64,000 nt of DNA from Thalia democratica (taxonomy: Eukaryota). The position numbers were made by a program, and so were the translations under genes. This document shows, piece after piece, positions 13,731-27,300 of the stretch. Within the stretch, counting starts at the first letter, position 1. Each line of letters begins with the position of its first letter. The notes under the pieces were generated by a model. It had not been told where the DNA came from and searched no databases. It worked only from the letters and a program-made list of their open reading frames with translations. The stretch spans positions 16,492,001-16,556,000 of the forward strand of contig OZ241829.1 in the NCBI GenBank assembly GCA_965202585.1, given 5' to 3'.

Positions 13731-15169
13731 GCTAATGATGTAAATAATCTTTTGATATTTTTGTTCCTGAATTTATATTTTTGTGTGAATGCGAAAGAAA
13801 AGTTAAATGTGGTATAATTTAAAATGTTGTAATACTAAAGTTGTCAATGCAGTATAGCAACTAAATTAGTAAACTACTATTAGTGTTCTGTATGGTTGTC
13901 GTAACTTAAAAACTCAAAACACTGATGTTGAAACCATCAAAATAACTTTATAAGAAAACTTATTCATATCTGATTTGTATAATTTTCATTTTGTTTTAGA
14001 TCCTATTCCAAAGCCATTACTCTTAGCCACAGTAGGTTGAATAAAACGTCATTTGATATAGTAGTGTTTAACATTCAAAATACTTCTAAAACCTATTCAT
14101 TCCATTTATTGAATAATCAAAAACACTCAATAATACTTAGTGTTTGAAAAATTTTTATTATGCTTCATTAACGTTACCATTATAAACAGAAATACAAGCC
14201 TGATGTTTTCAATATTTTAGTAAGTGCCGAAAAAAAAACATAATACTGTTAACAAAGCTTCAATACTTCTATTTTTTGACATTTGTTTGATAATACTACT
14301 CGCCTGACGTATTTAGAAATGGTAGATTTATGACATTCTAATATTCTGGCCACTATGATTCAAATTTTCTTTTATTTTTTAAAACAACTCATTTACCAAC
14401 CTTGAAGTAGCTTTTGTAACACTAGTTAAGTAAGTTAATAATTTAACAAACTTTAATTGTAAGCTAGTTCAGTTTTTTATTACGCATGGTAAAGAAAATA
14501 TTTTACTGTGAGTAGAATGTTAGATAGACCTTCGAAATAAACGTGTATCTTAAATATTCTCCATCCTAAAATTATCTAAAAAATATCTCAATAAAATTCA
14601 AAATAGTTCTGGTCAACCTTTGGTTTTAATTTTGGTTTTTTATACCTTCAAGTATAACAGCGTATATAATTAAAACTAATGAAAAGTGACTTACTTTCCT
14701 TGGGTGGCGTCGTTCTATTTTGTGTCTGTTACAATAAATGTTTTATAAGCTAACTCATACTACATAACAATATATCAATACTTAACTTAGTTTTAAACTT
14801 TAAAACTATAAACGTATGTCTGTATTTATTTAGTTATATAAAAAACACAGTTTTTTACGTATGTTTCATATCTGCAGCAGTATAACATGAAATATATTTA
14901 AGACTCTGTGTTTTATTATTTTACTTAATAAATATTTAGCTCAAGTTTTTAATCAAGTACTGTTGACCAATACTTCACGGTAGAACTAGATATGTATGTC
15001 AGTTTTAATTTATTTGATAAACTTTAAGCTTACTTAAAATTACTGTTAACAGGTTAGAAGTTGACTATAATATAGAACTGGTTGGTATAGCAACATTTCT
15101 AAAAACAGTCTTTTTAGTACTGATTTTTGCAAGCTTATTTTATATAAAGTTTTCAAGCTTGAATGATTG

Positions 15170-15720
15170 TGTTGTAACAAGATATCAAGTTGCACTCGAT
15201 TACTGTTTAGATTTGATGGAAATTTTTGAGCTTAAATCATTGTTCATTCAAGCGGTTAAGAGAAAGCTCGCAAGGTCAAGTTTCATACTGATGCAAGTTA
15301 AACACAGTTAACAAAAGGAGAAAATAAAATGCAGATAAGAAATTACTGATGCAATGTTGCAAAAAGTTAAGAACGCTGCTATACAAACCAGCCACAGAAA
15401 GTAGTGAGAGATCCTAGCTACAGCCTGCTGCAGTAAACATGCTGTTCATGTTGAATAGACACTAATATTGTTTTCTTGTGTTATTTAAAGTTTTTTGTTT
15501 AACAGTGTTACTTTTTGTATTAATTCTTATTTAAATCCTAAGTAGAGGAATCTTTTTTTTTTATACATTTTAAAAATATATTCCTGTTAGATTGATTCGT
15601 GTGTAAAGTTTTGACTACATTTAAAGTAGTTTCTAAAGTATGATGGTATTTATACATTTGTTAGTGTTTGCAATCGTTCTTTAACACAACATGGTCATTC
15701 ATTGTCATGCCTAGTTTTAT
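15170..15720 (+). repeat. Degenerate interspersed repeat with a second copy at ~31885-32300
   Basis: Collinear similarity, e.g. GTAACA(A/G)GATATCAA..TGCA.T.GATTACTGTTTA and CATG.T.TT..T.GAATAGACA. Confidence 0.6.
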
Positions 15721-16379
15721 ATATTATTTAATTTGACAATTTTAGCCTAATTATTATTGAGTAACACTATTTAAAAATTAGTTAAGCTGAAATTATAAGT
15801 TAAGTTTATTACTAAAGGTACCTATATCCATAGGCTACAGTGTGAATTTTGGCAACTACTAAATTGTCGTTCAGAAAACATAATACAATTTTTAATTTAG
15901 GGTAAAACGGATAACTTAATATTATTCGCAATTGTGTAAACTAAATATCTATTTGACTAAATGTACAAGTTATTTGTTTTTTAATTCTTTTATGATCAAA
16001 AGTTATTTTTAGTTTAATTTTATTGGTGTTAGTTCTTAGAAAAAAATAAAGTTACAATAAAACAACTTTTAATTTATCATCAAATACGTAATTTTTTTCC
16101 TTTGAATACCCTTTTAAGTGATAGTAATAATTGTTTTCAAGTTTAATTGTGTTAGTGTTATAGTTTTCTAGGTGCTTATAAAAACACAAGTTGTAAATTT
16201 TTTGCTTTAAAGACAAAGTGTTCACTCGGCGATGTATCTAAGTTTTGATAAGTTTTATTTAGATGTTAATGATTGGTATATAGTAATGAATAAGGTAATT
16301 ACTTGTCATTTAGCTAATACATTTACCGCAAGCCATGTTTAAAATTCAAAAATACGTGGTTAGATCACAAACTTTCTTC

Positions 16380-18760
16380 TTGCTATCTGAAAGTGTTGTA
16401 GCTTCCAGGGCAATTAAATTGTACAGGGTTGCAACATATATAAAATTTTCAAAAAGGATAACTTAGGCTATAATAATTTATTTAAAAACTTTGAACTTTT
16501 TTAAACTCTTGCCAGTTTGATTATATAAAAAAATATCAGGTCGGTATTGTGACTTTTAAATTAAAAAAAAAAATTTGAGTTTTTTTATTAAAACTTACTT
16601 AAAAGTGACTTTTTAGTTTTTGGCCAACAAAAATTAGTTTTATATGCTTCTTGTAAAACAGAGGTTATTAAATATTTAGTAGCAGAATATGAAAAAAAAG
16701 CAATAAAGATTAAAACACAGTTGAAAAATATGTTTTAAATGAGTTTCTATTTTACAACCAAAATTTATGTCATTTTAGTTTTAATTTTATTCTTGTGATT
16801 AAATGAGTCATTCCATTAACGCATGACCGACTTTGAAATTTATCTTTTCCACCAAAATGTAACATTTAGCCAAATTGTAAGTTAAAATGACCACTACTTC
16901 ATTTTTGGTGGAGACGTCATGTTGTTAAAAAGTATTGCACTGGTTAAAATGGAGGAAGGTTTCTGGACAAGAGCATTCTAATCACAGTTGAGCCTATTAT
17001 TTGCTTTTAAGTATTGTTAAGAGCTTTGTAGACTGTTTTGTCACTACTATGTTTAAAAGTAGTGTTTTTAAAATTTCAAATTTATGACAATTGTAATTGC
17101 GTTGCTGATAATCTTATAAACCATATAATATTTATAGGTTTATATGTAGAAAATATTTTGGATGTCAGTATTGTTAAGTTAAAATCTTGTTTTGAGTTTA
17201 AAAGTTTCTGTATTAATTTTATTAAAGACACTGATTACATAAAAGCAGGTTCCTGATATCATTTTAGCTTCATAATTTAGAATAATGTTAAATACTTTAT
17301 TTTTGAAATATTTTTATAGTTTCATTCCAAGTTCTTATGGCTTAAATTGCGATATTCTTATAATTTTATAAAGTTACTACTATACTTACTAACTAATTAG
17401 ATTCGCGTGTTCTAATTATATAAAAACTTCTTATTTAAGCCAAGTTAAGTAGTGTTAGTGAATTTTTTTTTGAATTTTCTAATTAATTATCACACAAGTT
17501 TTTTGTACTCATATTTTTAATAGATCTAAATAATCACTTTTCTGTCTTAAAAAAATTAAAAAAGCTCTATATATATATATATTGATTAATTTCAATGCTG
17601 ACCATCAATCTAATGAATCTAAAGCATGTCCAGCCAGCCATCAGAGTACCTGAATAGCAAGTACGTAACTAGATTGAATACTTTGTTGCTAACTAAAAGT
17701 GCTGTAGCTACTAGGGCAATTATATTGTACATGTTGCCCCACGCTCAAGACATCTAGACAGGCTACAATAAAATATTAAAAAATATTAAACTTTTTTGCA
17801 TTTTTATTTGCAAAACTCAGGCTAGTTTGGATATTTTTCCTAAACATTAAAGTGGTTGTTTTGACTATAATACTTTTAAAATTTTAAAGTTGGTCTTATT
17901 GATAAATTTTGTGTCATTATGTTTTTAAAGTTATCTTGCAAATTATTATTTTTTTATTTTTTGCCTTATACCAGTTAACTCTACAGTTTTCTTGTAATGT
18001 AAATATACTTAGGTACCAAGTATTACAATATTTACTAAACTATCAATAAACAATAGAACATAATATATAAAAAAAAAATTCTTGAGAAATTCCTAGTTTA
18101 CAATCAAAATTTGTGACATTAAAGTTTTAGTTTTATTTAAACCATTAAAAGTACATCATTCAACATTCAGCCAAATGTTATGTTAAAAAGACCAAAAAAA
18201 CTGTTTTAAAAATGTTGCACAGTTGATTATGAAGGATTATTTCTGGACAACCAGTCCAATCACAGTTAAGCCTGGTATTTGCATTTAAATAACTTTTTTA
18301 AATGAAAAAAAAAATATGTTGTATTTAAAACTAAAGGTCTTTAAGTATCAAATCTATACCAAAAAGTAACTGTTTTGATGATAAACTTTGTTAAAACTTC
18401 AGTATTTATTGGATTAAATTTAAAAGTTTTGAGTATTTTCATACTTTTAAATTAAAATCTTGTTTTAAGTTAAGTTGTGTCAGTATTAATTTAAAAAACG
18501 TTTTTGGCTATATTGAAGCAGGTGTTGAAATATTTTTAGCACCATACTACAAAAGGAAATTAAACGTTTAATTTTTTATACACTTTTGTAGTTCACTAAA
18601 ATTATTTAATTTTTCAATTTTTTTTCCCTTAATCAGTAAGACTTTTATTATTTTTAGAACTTCAGGTTTATAAACTATTACTATTGTAAATAATTTAGCC
18701 TACTCTAATTGTATAATTTTTTCTAATTAAAACTAAACTAAATATAAGTTAGTATAGATT
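16380..18760 (+). repeat. Old ~1.3-kb tandem duplication
   Basis: Matching blocks: GCTGTAGCT.C.AGGGCAATTA.ATTGTACA at ~16395 and ~17700; CATT.AGCCAAAT, TTCTGGACAA and AATCACAGTT.AGCCT at ~16.9 and ~18.2 kb. Confidence 0.6.
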
Positions 18761-18785
18761 TTTTAAGAGGTCAGATTACTGTTAA

Positions 18786-19187
18786 CAGAGTTGCAAAAAA
18801 ACTTGATTACTATAAAAACTTGGAATTTAACAATTTAGGCTAAAAAACCCTGGAATTTTAGAAATTTTGAAAAAAATCCTGAAATTTATAACAAAAACCA
18901 CTAAAAGAAACCTGGAAAAACCTGGAAATTCAAACAATTTTTACATATTAAGTAGTAAATTTTTAATTTGACACGAAAAATATACCACTTAAATTAAAAA
19001 AAAAATTTATCATCAATTTTTTTTTAATAAAGAACACATTTAAAGTAGATTGACAATACTTTTTCAATGTTGTTATACTACTTGCACGGTTTTAAACTTT
19101 AAACTTAGCTTTAAACTAAAATTAGACCCAAAAAAGTGCAGTTTTAAAAACCTGTTAGAAATTTCTGTAAAAAATTTGGCAACCCTG
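18786..19187. mobile_element. Non-autonomous TIR element (CAGGGTTGCCA family)
   Basis: Ends CAGAGTTGCA and TGGCAACCCTG; internal CCTGGAA repeats in the opposite orientation to the 1147 copy. Confidence 0.7.
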
Positions 19188-21362
19188 TCTTATTAAAAGG
19201 TTTTTATGTACTTATACAAGTAATAACTCGGTAGTCTTTCATGTTTTCAATAATTTTTTTTATAATTGAAATGACTTTTGTCAATGCTAGCCATTAGTAT
19301 AAATTCAGTATCAGTTAACTGAGTCCGATTTTAAAGCAAAGGTGTTTCCCCTAATATTTGCTGAATCATCAATTTAAGTTTTTATAATTTTTTTAAATAT
19401 TTATACCCTTAAACCTAACCCACCTTATCCAAAATATTTTCAATTTTTTTATTTATACCCTTAACCCTAACCCACCTTACCCAAACATATCAAAAATTAA
19501 TTATAACATGAAATTTTTATAATTTTTGTATGCTGACTAAGCAAACATTGGGAGATTTCCGTCAGATCAACAAAAGGACTTCAGTTAATACTAACGAATT
19601 TAAACAAATACGTTGTTAGATCTAAAAGCTTATAATATCACCATCTAAAACTAGTTACTCTTGACAATTTAAATAAAACACAGCAACATGTGACAACATT
19701 TATAAGTTTGTCACATAAGCTTACTTAATGTTTGTGTTTTAAGCTTGAATATTCATCACCTTTTAAAATCACCAAAAGCTATAGACAAAATGATATCTTA
19801 ATACCAGGTAAAAAGAATCAAATACTTGTATTATACATGAAATATGATATTTTAAAGTTTATTTATAATAAGCTTGACTAATAAAGAATTTAAAAAAATT
19901 GTAGGTTTTAAAGCTTAAAAAGTTGCATCAGTGAGCTTAGAGATAAGTTAAAAAATAATAAAGGAAATTAGATTTATTTGTGAGTTTAAAATATACTGAC
20001 ATGTAAAAGCAGAACAAGCTATTAGCATTAAACCTTTAATTTATAACTATAATGCTGTACAAACGCTTGTTTCACAATAATCTTTTTTAATCAATAACTC
20101 AAGCTTATTAAACAGTTCTAATAAACTCTTTAACTTCAGGAATAAATTGCTTTTTAGATTAAGTAAGCAGTTTAATTTTTTTTTCAAAGTTTGTTAAACA
20201 GGTTCCCTCACATTTTATCAAAATATCTTTCTTTTTAATTTAAAGTCAAAAAATCCTAATTAGAACTTTTAAATTGAAAAACAACTAAATCGCGTTGACA
20301 ATATTAAGCTTAAACATATGCGATATCTTGTTTAATTTAAACAAATAAATTTGTAAAATTTTCTTGTGTATACCATCATTTTGTATCTGAGAAGGTTTTT
20401 ATACAGTTTTTTATAAATATAGATTAATTTTTATTTTCTGTAAAATTTGAGCACTTGTTGTATTCGAAGTTATTTAACTATATTTATTTTTACTTTTTAC
20501 TTTTATTAATATTTTTCTGTCTACAAATTATTTTAGTTTCAATTAATTTTACTTTTTTTAAGTCTATTTTTATTAAGTTCATAGTTGACTGCCAAATTAT
20601 TATATATACGGCTTTATTTTGAAAGCTAAACTAAAAAACAGCCTCAAAATAACAGTTTAGTGTTTTATTTAAGGTAAATTTATAATAAATTTAAAGTAGA
20701 AAAAGTTCAGTTAAAAGTTGTTTACGTATTGCTAAATCTTTTAATAAAATGTGTTTCAAAAGTTTGAGAGTTTTCTATGAAAGACTAAAGAAAAAACAAC
20801 TGCTGATGAAATGTTGATTAAAACATATGCTGAATTTATTTAATTTTATGTTACTTATCATTAAGCACAGTTCCAATACATAAAACTATATTAGTAGCAT
20901 TTAATGGACAAATTTGGAGTAGATTGTGAACAAAATTAAATTAATGAAGTCTATTTTGCTCCAAACTAACTATTGTTAAGCATAATAATCAAAGTGCATT
21001 GATGTTTGTGTAAAAAGATTCAAATTATATTTTCGTAGTTTAATACAAGAATTTTTTTTTAATGAGTATAAACTATTTTTTTTTCAACTTTAAAATATTA
21101 AAATATACTGTACATTGTACATTAATGGTGTTTAGCATAAACAAAACTGCAAATAGAACATGCTATTTTCATAGAGTATTTAATTTGTTAAAATTAGATT
21201 ACCAATTATAAAATATTCAATTAGATTAGAAGAATGTTTTTTAGAACATAGGAACGACCCTAATTGATTGTTTTATGTATTTTATGTCATTCTGTTTTTA
21301 AGTTTGCTGCTACATTTTAACAACGTTAACATTTTTACAAACAGTCTGTTTTAGTGTTAAAA

Positions 21363-24300
21363 ATGAATAGTGAGATGAATTCGAGAGAAGAGAGAGGTTA
21401 TCCTGAAGTTTGCACTTACACAATGAAAAGTGAGGACAACTATGGGGATTACCAAGAAGGTAGTGGTTTGTACATCTGCTCAAAACTAAAGTTTTATTTT
21501 TATTTATAAATAAAACATTTTGGTCAGCTTGATTCAGAATATAACGAACATTAAGGTCACTATCAAAGGTTGCGTTAACATTAAAAATAAGTTTTTTAAG
21601 AGAAACTTCTAAGTTAGTATGTGTTACCAGAAACTTTAAACATACAGATATGGTCCATGGAAGTAGGATGGGTCAGGAAATGAGCGCCCGTGGAAACAGT
21701 TGTCATGGTGACCTGGAAGGAAGTTACTACGGAGATCAATATGAAGATAGAAGGATGAAAGTGTTGAATATGCGTGCAAACGTAGAAGAAGCTATTCAGA
21801 AGGTAGCGGAAGAAAAAGCGTTGGAAGAATGGGAAAAAGAAGAGCAAAAACGAGTTGCTAAAGGTATAAATTAAATATAATCATTACTTCTAAAACAATT
21901 AAGGAAAAACAAAGTTCTGTTTCAGTTTTTGTTGACTTATATTTACAGAGTCTAAAAGAAAAAAAGGGTAACCTGGAATTTTCTTGCTGATCAAATTATT
22001 TCCTATAGTATACTTTTTTTTAATGATACAAAATTTAAACTTTAACAGAAACGTTGAAAAAGCATATTTTGAAGCAAGATGAAGGCTTTACAGAGCTTGA
22101 ATATGCATTGAAGAAGCTTAAAATGAATGCAGCTCAGGAAGAACCTATGAGTTTTGAAAACTTCCAGGTTAGTTGGTTTCACTGTAATGTAGTTGGCTTA
22201 ATTGGGATCTAGTTTTCCTTAGCTTGAAATAAAACATTTATGCAGTTTAACAGTTTACGTAGGTGTTTAACGAATCAAATTTTCTCAACAATATAACTCT
22301 AAATTAATTTAAATTTTATTTAAAATTGACTAAAACAAAGTTTTTCAATAAGGGAACTTATTGTGAAGGAAATGATTGTGATAAAGATGAAATCTACCAG
22401 GTAAAGAAAAACAAAGAATTTGGTGGATCTTACTCTAAAATGGTGAGTAAAGAATTTGTGATTAATTATAAATTAAAAAAAAAACGATTTTGCAACTTTT
22501 TCATAAATAAAAAAATACACGTCTTAAGTAGTTTTATCTTATACTTTAAAACTATATAATGAGGTTTTTAAGCTTAGGTAGTCTTCAAATGTGCTGTTTT
22601 AAAATAAACTGGACTTTATCGAAACCAAAATGCATAATATAAACGTATATAGGTAAATTTATCAAAAAAATTTAACTTTTTTTTTATAGCACAACAACTA
22701 TAATGATGATAAAGAATCAAAAAGAATTAGTATTCAAATGCTTAATGAAAGAAGACGTTCAATGTCTAAAGATTATCTAAGGTTTGCTGGTTAAATAGTA
22801 AGAGTATTATCCTCGTAAACTATTCTAATTAATACTTATCTACTTCTTTAACAAATAAAATAAAAAATTTGACATAAGAAAAAAATTATAATGCCAATTT
22901 GTAATAACTAAATCAAATTTTCTTCAACTGTTTTCTACTAAAAGTAAAAGACAAGTATTTGATTTGGTTTGCCAGTAAACTTTTAAAGGGAAGTATAACA
23001 TTTTTAGGTTGAACTAATTTTTGTAAGTTATGAATTTGTAGTTTATAGCATTTCAAACCACAAATTCTAGAAGAAGAAAACCTTAAAAACTTTCAAAATG
23101 TTTTCTTTGTTATCTATAACTTGTTTTTTAGTAAATTATGTTAGTTTATACTATATAGGTTAAATTCTTATTTGTCTTTAAAACTGAATATTTTGATATT
23201 GTATTCAGCTTATGTTAACGTGTACAACTTTGAACTTGTTTAAGATTTAAAATTAGATTTATAACAAACATAACAAATAATGTTATGTAAAGCACCTTAT
23301 GATATCGCTTATACTAGATGTAAAAAAATATGTGTTTATTGAAGGGTGTCGGAACAATTTCAACAGACGATGAAAACCTTGAAAGAGCAACTTGATGATG
23401 GATTACCGGAAAATGCATACCACAAGTAATTTTCTATTTTGATATCTGATGTACTTCTAAATGATAGTCACAATCGGTATAACTTTTAGCTGTTAGATAA
23501 AAACTATATAGAAAACAAGTAAAAACTTAATAACATTTTTCTTTATAACGTTTACAATTTAAATTTTAAGTAATAAAACAACCACAAAATTTAGGTCAAA
23601 TATATATTTGTTTTCTTTCGAAATTAAAATTGTTCTTATCCAAGTTTACATACAAAATTAAGTCAAACGATCCAGTTACAAAAGTGCAGAGCCGTAGGAA
23701 TACTAAGATTTTCCAAAGAAAACATAACACTGAACTTAGTTTGTACACAAATGTTAAAGTCACACGTATATAATGCATGTATGCAATTTCAGTTTGAGAA
23801 TGAAAGAAATGATGAACTTTCAAAAGTACAAGCAAGAGTTTCACAGGAACTTTTCAAAGCTGAACATGAAAATCGAAAAGAATGAAAACGAAATTGAAAA
23901 ACTTCACAGGAAGTATCAACCGCATTACACAATTGAAGACGCTTACTTTGAAAAGGTTAGTATTAAAAAAAATGAGAAATTTACCGAGTTTCGCTTCTTA
24001 AAATTGAAGTTGTTATAAAAACAATGTTAATTACCAAGTTTTACTCTGAGATGATTTGTAAACTGAAGGTGCTGTACGTTATAAAACTTGTTTGAAATAT
24101 ATAACACTTACAACTTTTCTTTACTTTTAATAGTTTATAGACGTCAACAGCATTATTTTGATAAAATTTCGACATAAATAAAATCAATCAGGGCATCGAT
24201 GGCTGTGATGATGAAGACGTTCACCTTCTTAAAAGAAGCAAAGAATTTGGTGGAAATTGTTCTACGATGGTAAGTTTACACTTTTAATTATTTACTCATT

Positions 24301-27300
24301 ATTCGCACATATAAGAAATATATTGTCCTATTTACGAAGTTGCAGTTACTTACTTTGTTACTATTTAAAAAATTAAAAATTGTCATTCACACCAAATTGT
24401 TATCGAGACACTCTGAAAATGATACAGAAACAACTTGTTAATTAGCATTATTGTCGGGAGGGACATTTCTTGTATTCAAAATATATTTGCAACTTAAATT
24501 CACACTGTTTTTAATTCTAATAGTTTAATATTTAAATATTTTCGAATCGTTAACATTGAGACATAAATACCAAAACCAAGAGGCTTGCTATGAAACAGTT
24601 AGTATGAGCAGAGTTAACTTATTTCATAGATTATTGAAACTTTTCATGTTTACTATTAGAAAATCGATGAAGTTCCTGCTGATCCAAAGCTCACTGAAAA
24701 CTTTTTGAATTTGAAGAAGCAAATTGAGTTTAACAAAAAAAAGTTGGAGAAAATAAACAACGGACTAGTGCATGAGCTTAATAAGAACAAGTTGCTTGAT
24801 GAAGAAGGAGTTTACCAAGTTAAAAAGAAAAAGGAATTTGGTGGAGTTCCTTCTATGATGGTAGTTTTTGCAATTTACTTATTATTACTATTCTCAAATT
24901 AGTGTAACAAAAATAGCTCTGGTGTTTATAGATAGAAGAAAAGGGTATAAAGCTTTTGTGTTTGTAATTGAAAAAAAATCGATCGTGCTGTTTTGAGAAA
25001 TTTTTTGTTTTGTATTTGTTCTTATACTGAACTACAGTATTAGTTTAGATATAATCTATTAGTCTTTTTTTTAAGCAATTTTCTTAAAACACCCTTCAAA
25101 ACTTAAAACAAGCACAGTCGTCTTCAATAACAAACATTTTTTAAACTTTTGATAACACAAAAGCCACATTTTAAATGCACTTTTTTATCTTACTTCTTTT
25201 TGACTTTATTCTAAGTTGTAACACTATCTTAAAGATATCAATTGCAATAATTCTGTATACTCCTTATACGTTGAAAAGAAAATTTGTAATGTTAAATTGT
25301 TTTATAGTTTATTGAACCTTTTCATTTTTAATATTAGCACATCGATGACATTCCTGCGGATCCAAAACTCGCTGAAAACTTTTTGAATTTAAAGCAGCAA
25401 ATTGAGTTTAATAAAAAGAAGTTGGGGAATATTAACAGTGAAGGAGTTAAAGATCAGCTTAATAAGAACAAAATTTTTGATGCTTATGGAGTTTACCAAG
25501 TTGAAAAGAACAAAGAATTCGGTGGAGCTTCTTCTAAATTTGTTTGTTCTTTAAATATTTATTTATCGTCTTTTTTAAACGTTGTTTATAGAATAGAATT
25601 GCTGTAACATTAAAAACTGTAGCAGTCTTAGATATCGTGAATGTAAGAAAGGGTATAAAACATTTTATTTGTAATTGGTAGACAATAAACTTTGGAAATT
25701 TTTCCTTTTGTATCTATCAGCACATACTAAGCTACTAGTTTACGATTAGAAAATTTCTTTTGTATATTTAAAAACCCTTAAATTAAAATTTAAAAAAATG
25801 AATCGTTTTCGATAAACATTAGTTTTAAAAAATATAGATAAATAGAAAAGCTACTATGTTTTTACAAAGTGCATTAATTATGATTTTTCTTTGTTATCTT
25901 ACTTCTTTTCTAGCACTAATGAAAGTGACTTATTTTTCAGTTTTACTGTATACTATTTATTAAAATTTTTAATGTTTACCAGAATATCGAGAACAATTGT
26001 TCTGATTACGATTTAAAGCTTAAACTCCGTGATCTTTTGAAGGAAAAACATGAGATCCAGGAAATGATAAAAACATTGCAGGAAAATTCTGAAAAGTTAG
26101 TTCATTAACTGAATTTAAAAGTAGAAGGCTAATATTTTTTTTAAAGTTTTTGTTTTGTTAAATAAGTAGTTTTAGTCAGTATACGATAAAACATAATAGT
26201 TATTTAGGTAGCTACAAATAGCTAAACAAAATAGTTATAAAGCTAGTAGTACTTTTTAAATGAAATTAATAAAAATAAATAAACAATTATTAATTATCAA
26301 AAGAGTAATAACTTGTACAAAGTGAAAATTAATAAGTGAATATCTTATGTTACACTTGATTTGCGTAAATGGTAAGTAATTTAATATCTGAAAGACCATA
26401 ACAAAATTACATAATTCATATTCGTTTAATAATGTTGTAATTAGATACGGTAAGAACTATCTTCAAAGGCTATTTAACTTGGAAAATGAGCTGACAGCTT
26501 CTAAAATAACAAAAGAACGTTACGAAAGGTAAGTACAAACTTTAAATTAAATACAATAAAAAAAATAATACAATTTTTTCAGTCGGTTATTGAGTTCAGA
26601 TGTACGTACGTTCGATACATGCAAAGTACAACAAAAACGAAAAAATCACATCGTGACGTGAATACGTTTTTAGTGCAGAACGTTTTTGTACAAAAATAAC
26701 TTAAAATTTACTAAAAATAACACACAAAACTCATGTCCATAAGTTATTTAACAAGTTTTAAATTTATGAAACTTTGATAGTTCTTTCTTAATATGCTTAC
26801 TAGAGTAAATGAAGTAGTTCCCCTTGCTTAAGCATCATTTTATATTATATATATATACAAGTATAACTTTTGTATTTTTTTAGTCTGATGCAAAAAGAGA
26901 TAAAAGAGTTCGCACATTACAAAGGAGAATGTAACAACAAAAACTTTGATTTGAACAACCAACTGCAGTTGTTGAAGATTGAATTAGAGGAGCATGGGTA
27001 CGAAGAAGAACTCGATCAAGCAGGAAAGTTCAAGATGAACAGAAAAAATTCTTCTGGATTAGTAAGTAAATTTAAATACTAATTAACAAAACTACTAGTT
27101 GTTGCATGCATATTATTCAGCAATTTCCAAATTAATCACAAGAATAATCTAATTTCTATAAGATACACTATTTGAATACTTCGTGATACAGAACTTACTC
27201 CTATTATATATACAAATACAATTATTTTTAATAATTTCTACTTTAGATTTGCTTTATCTAAATCTGAAAAATTGGTAAGTTTTACAATTTGTCCTATACG

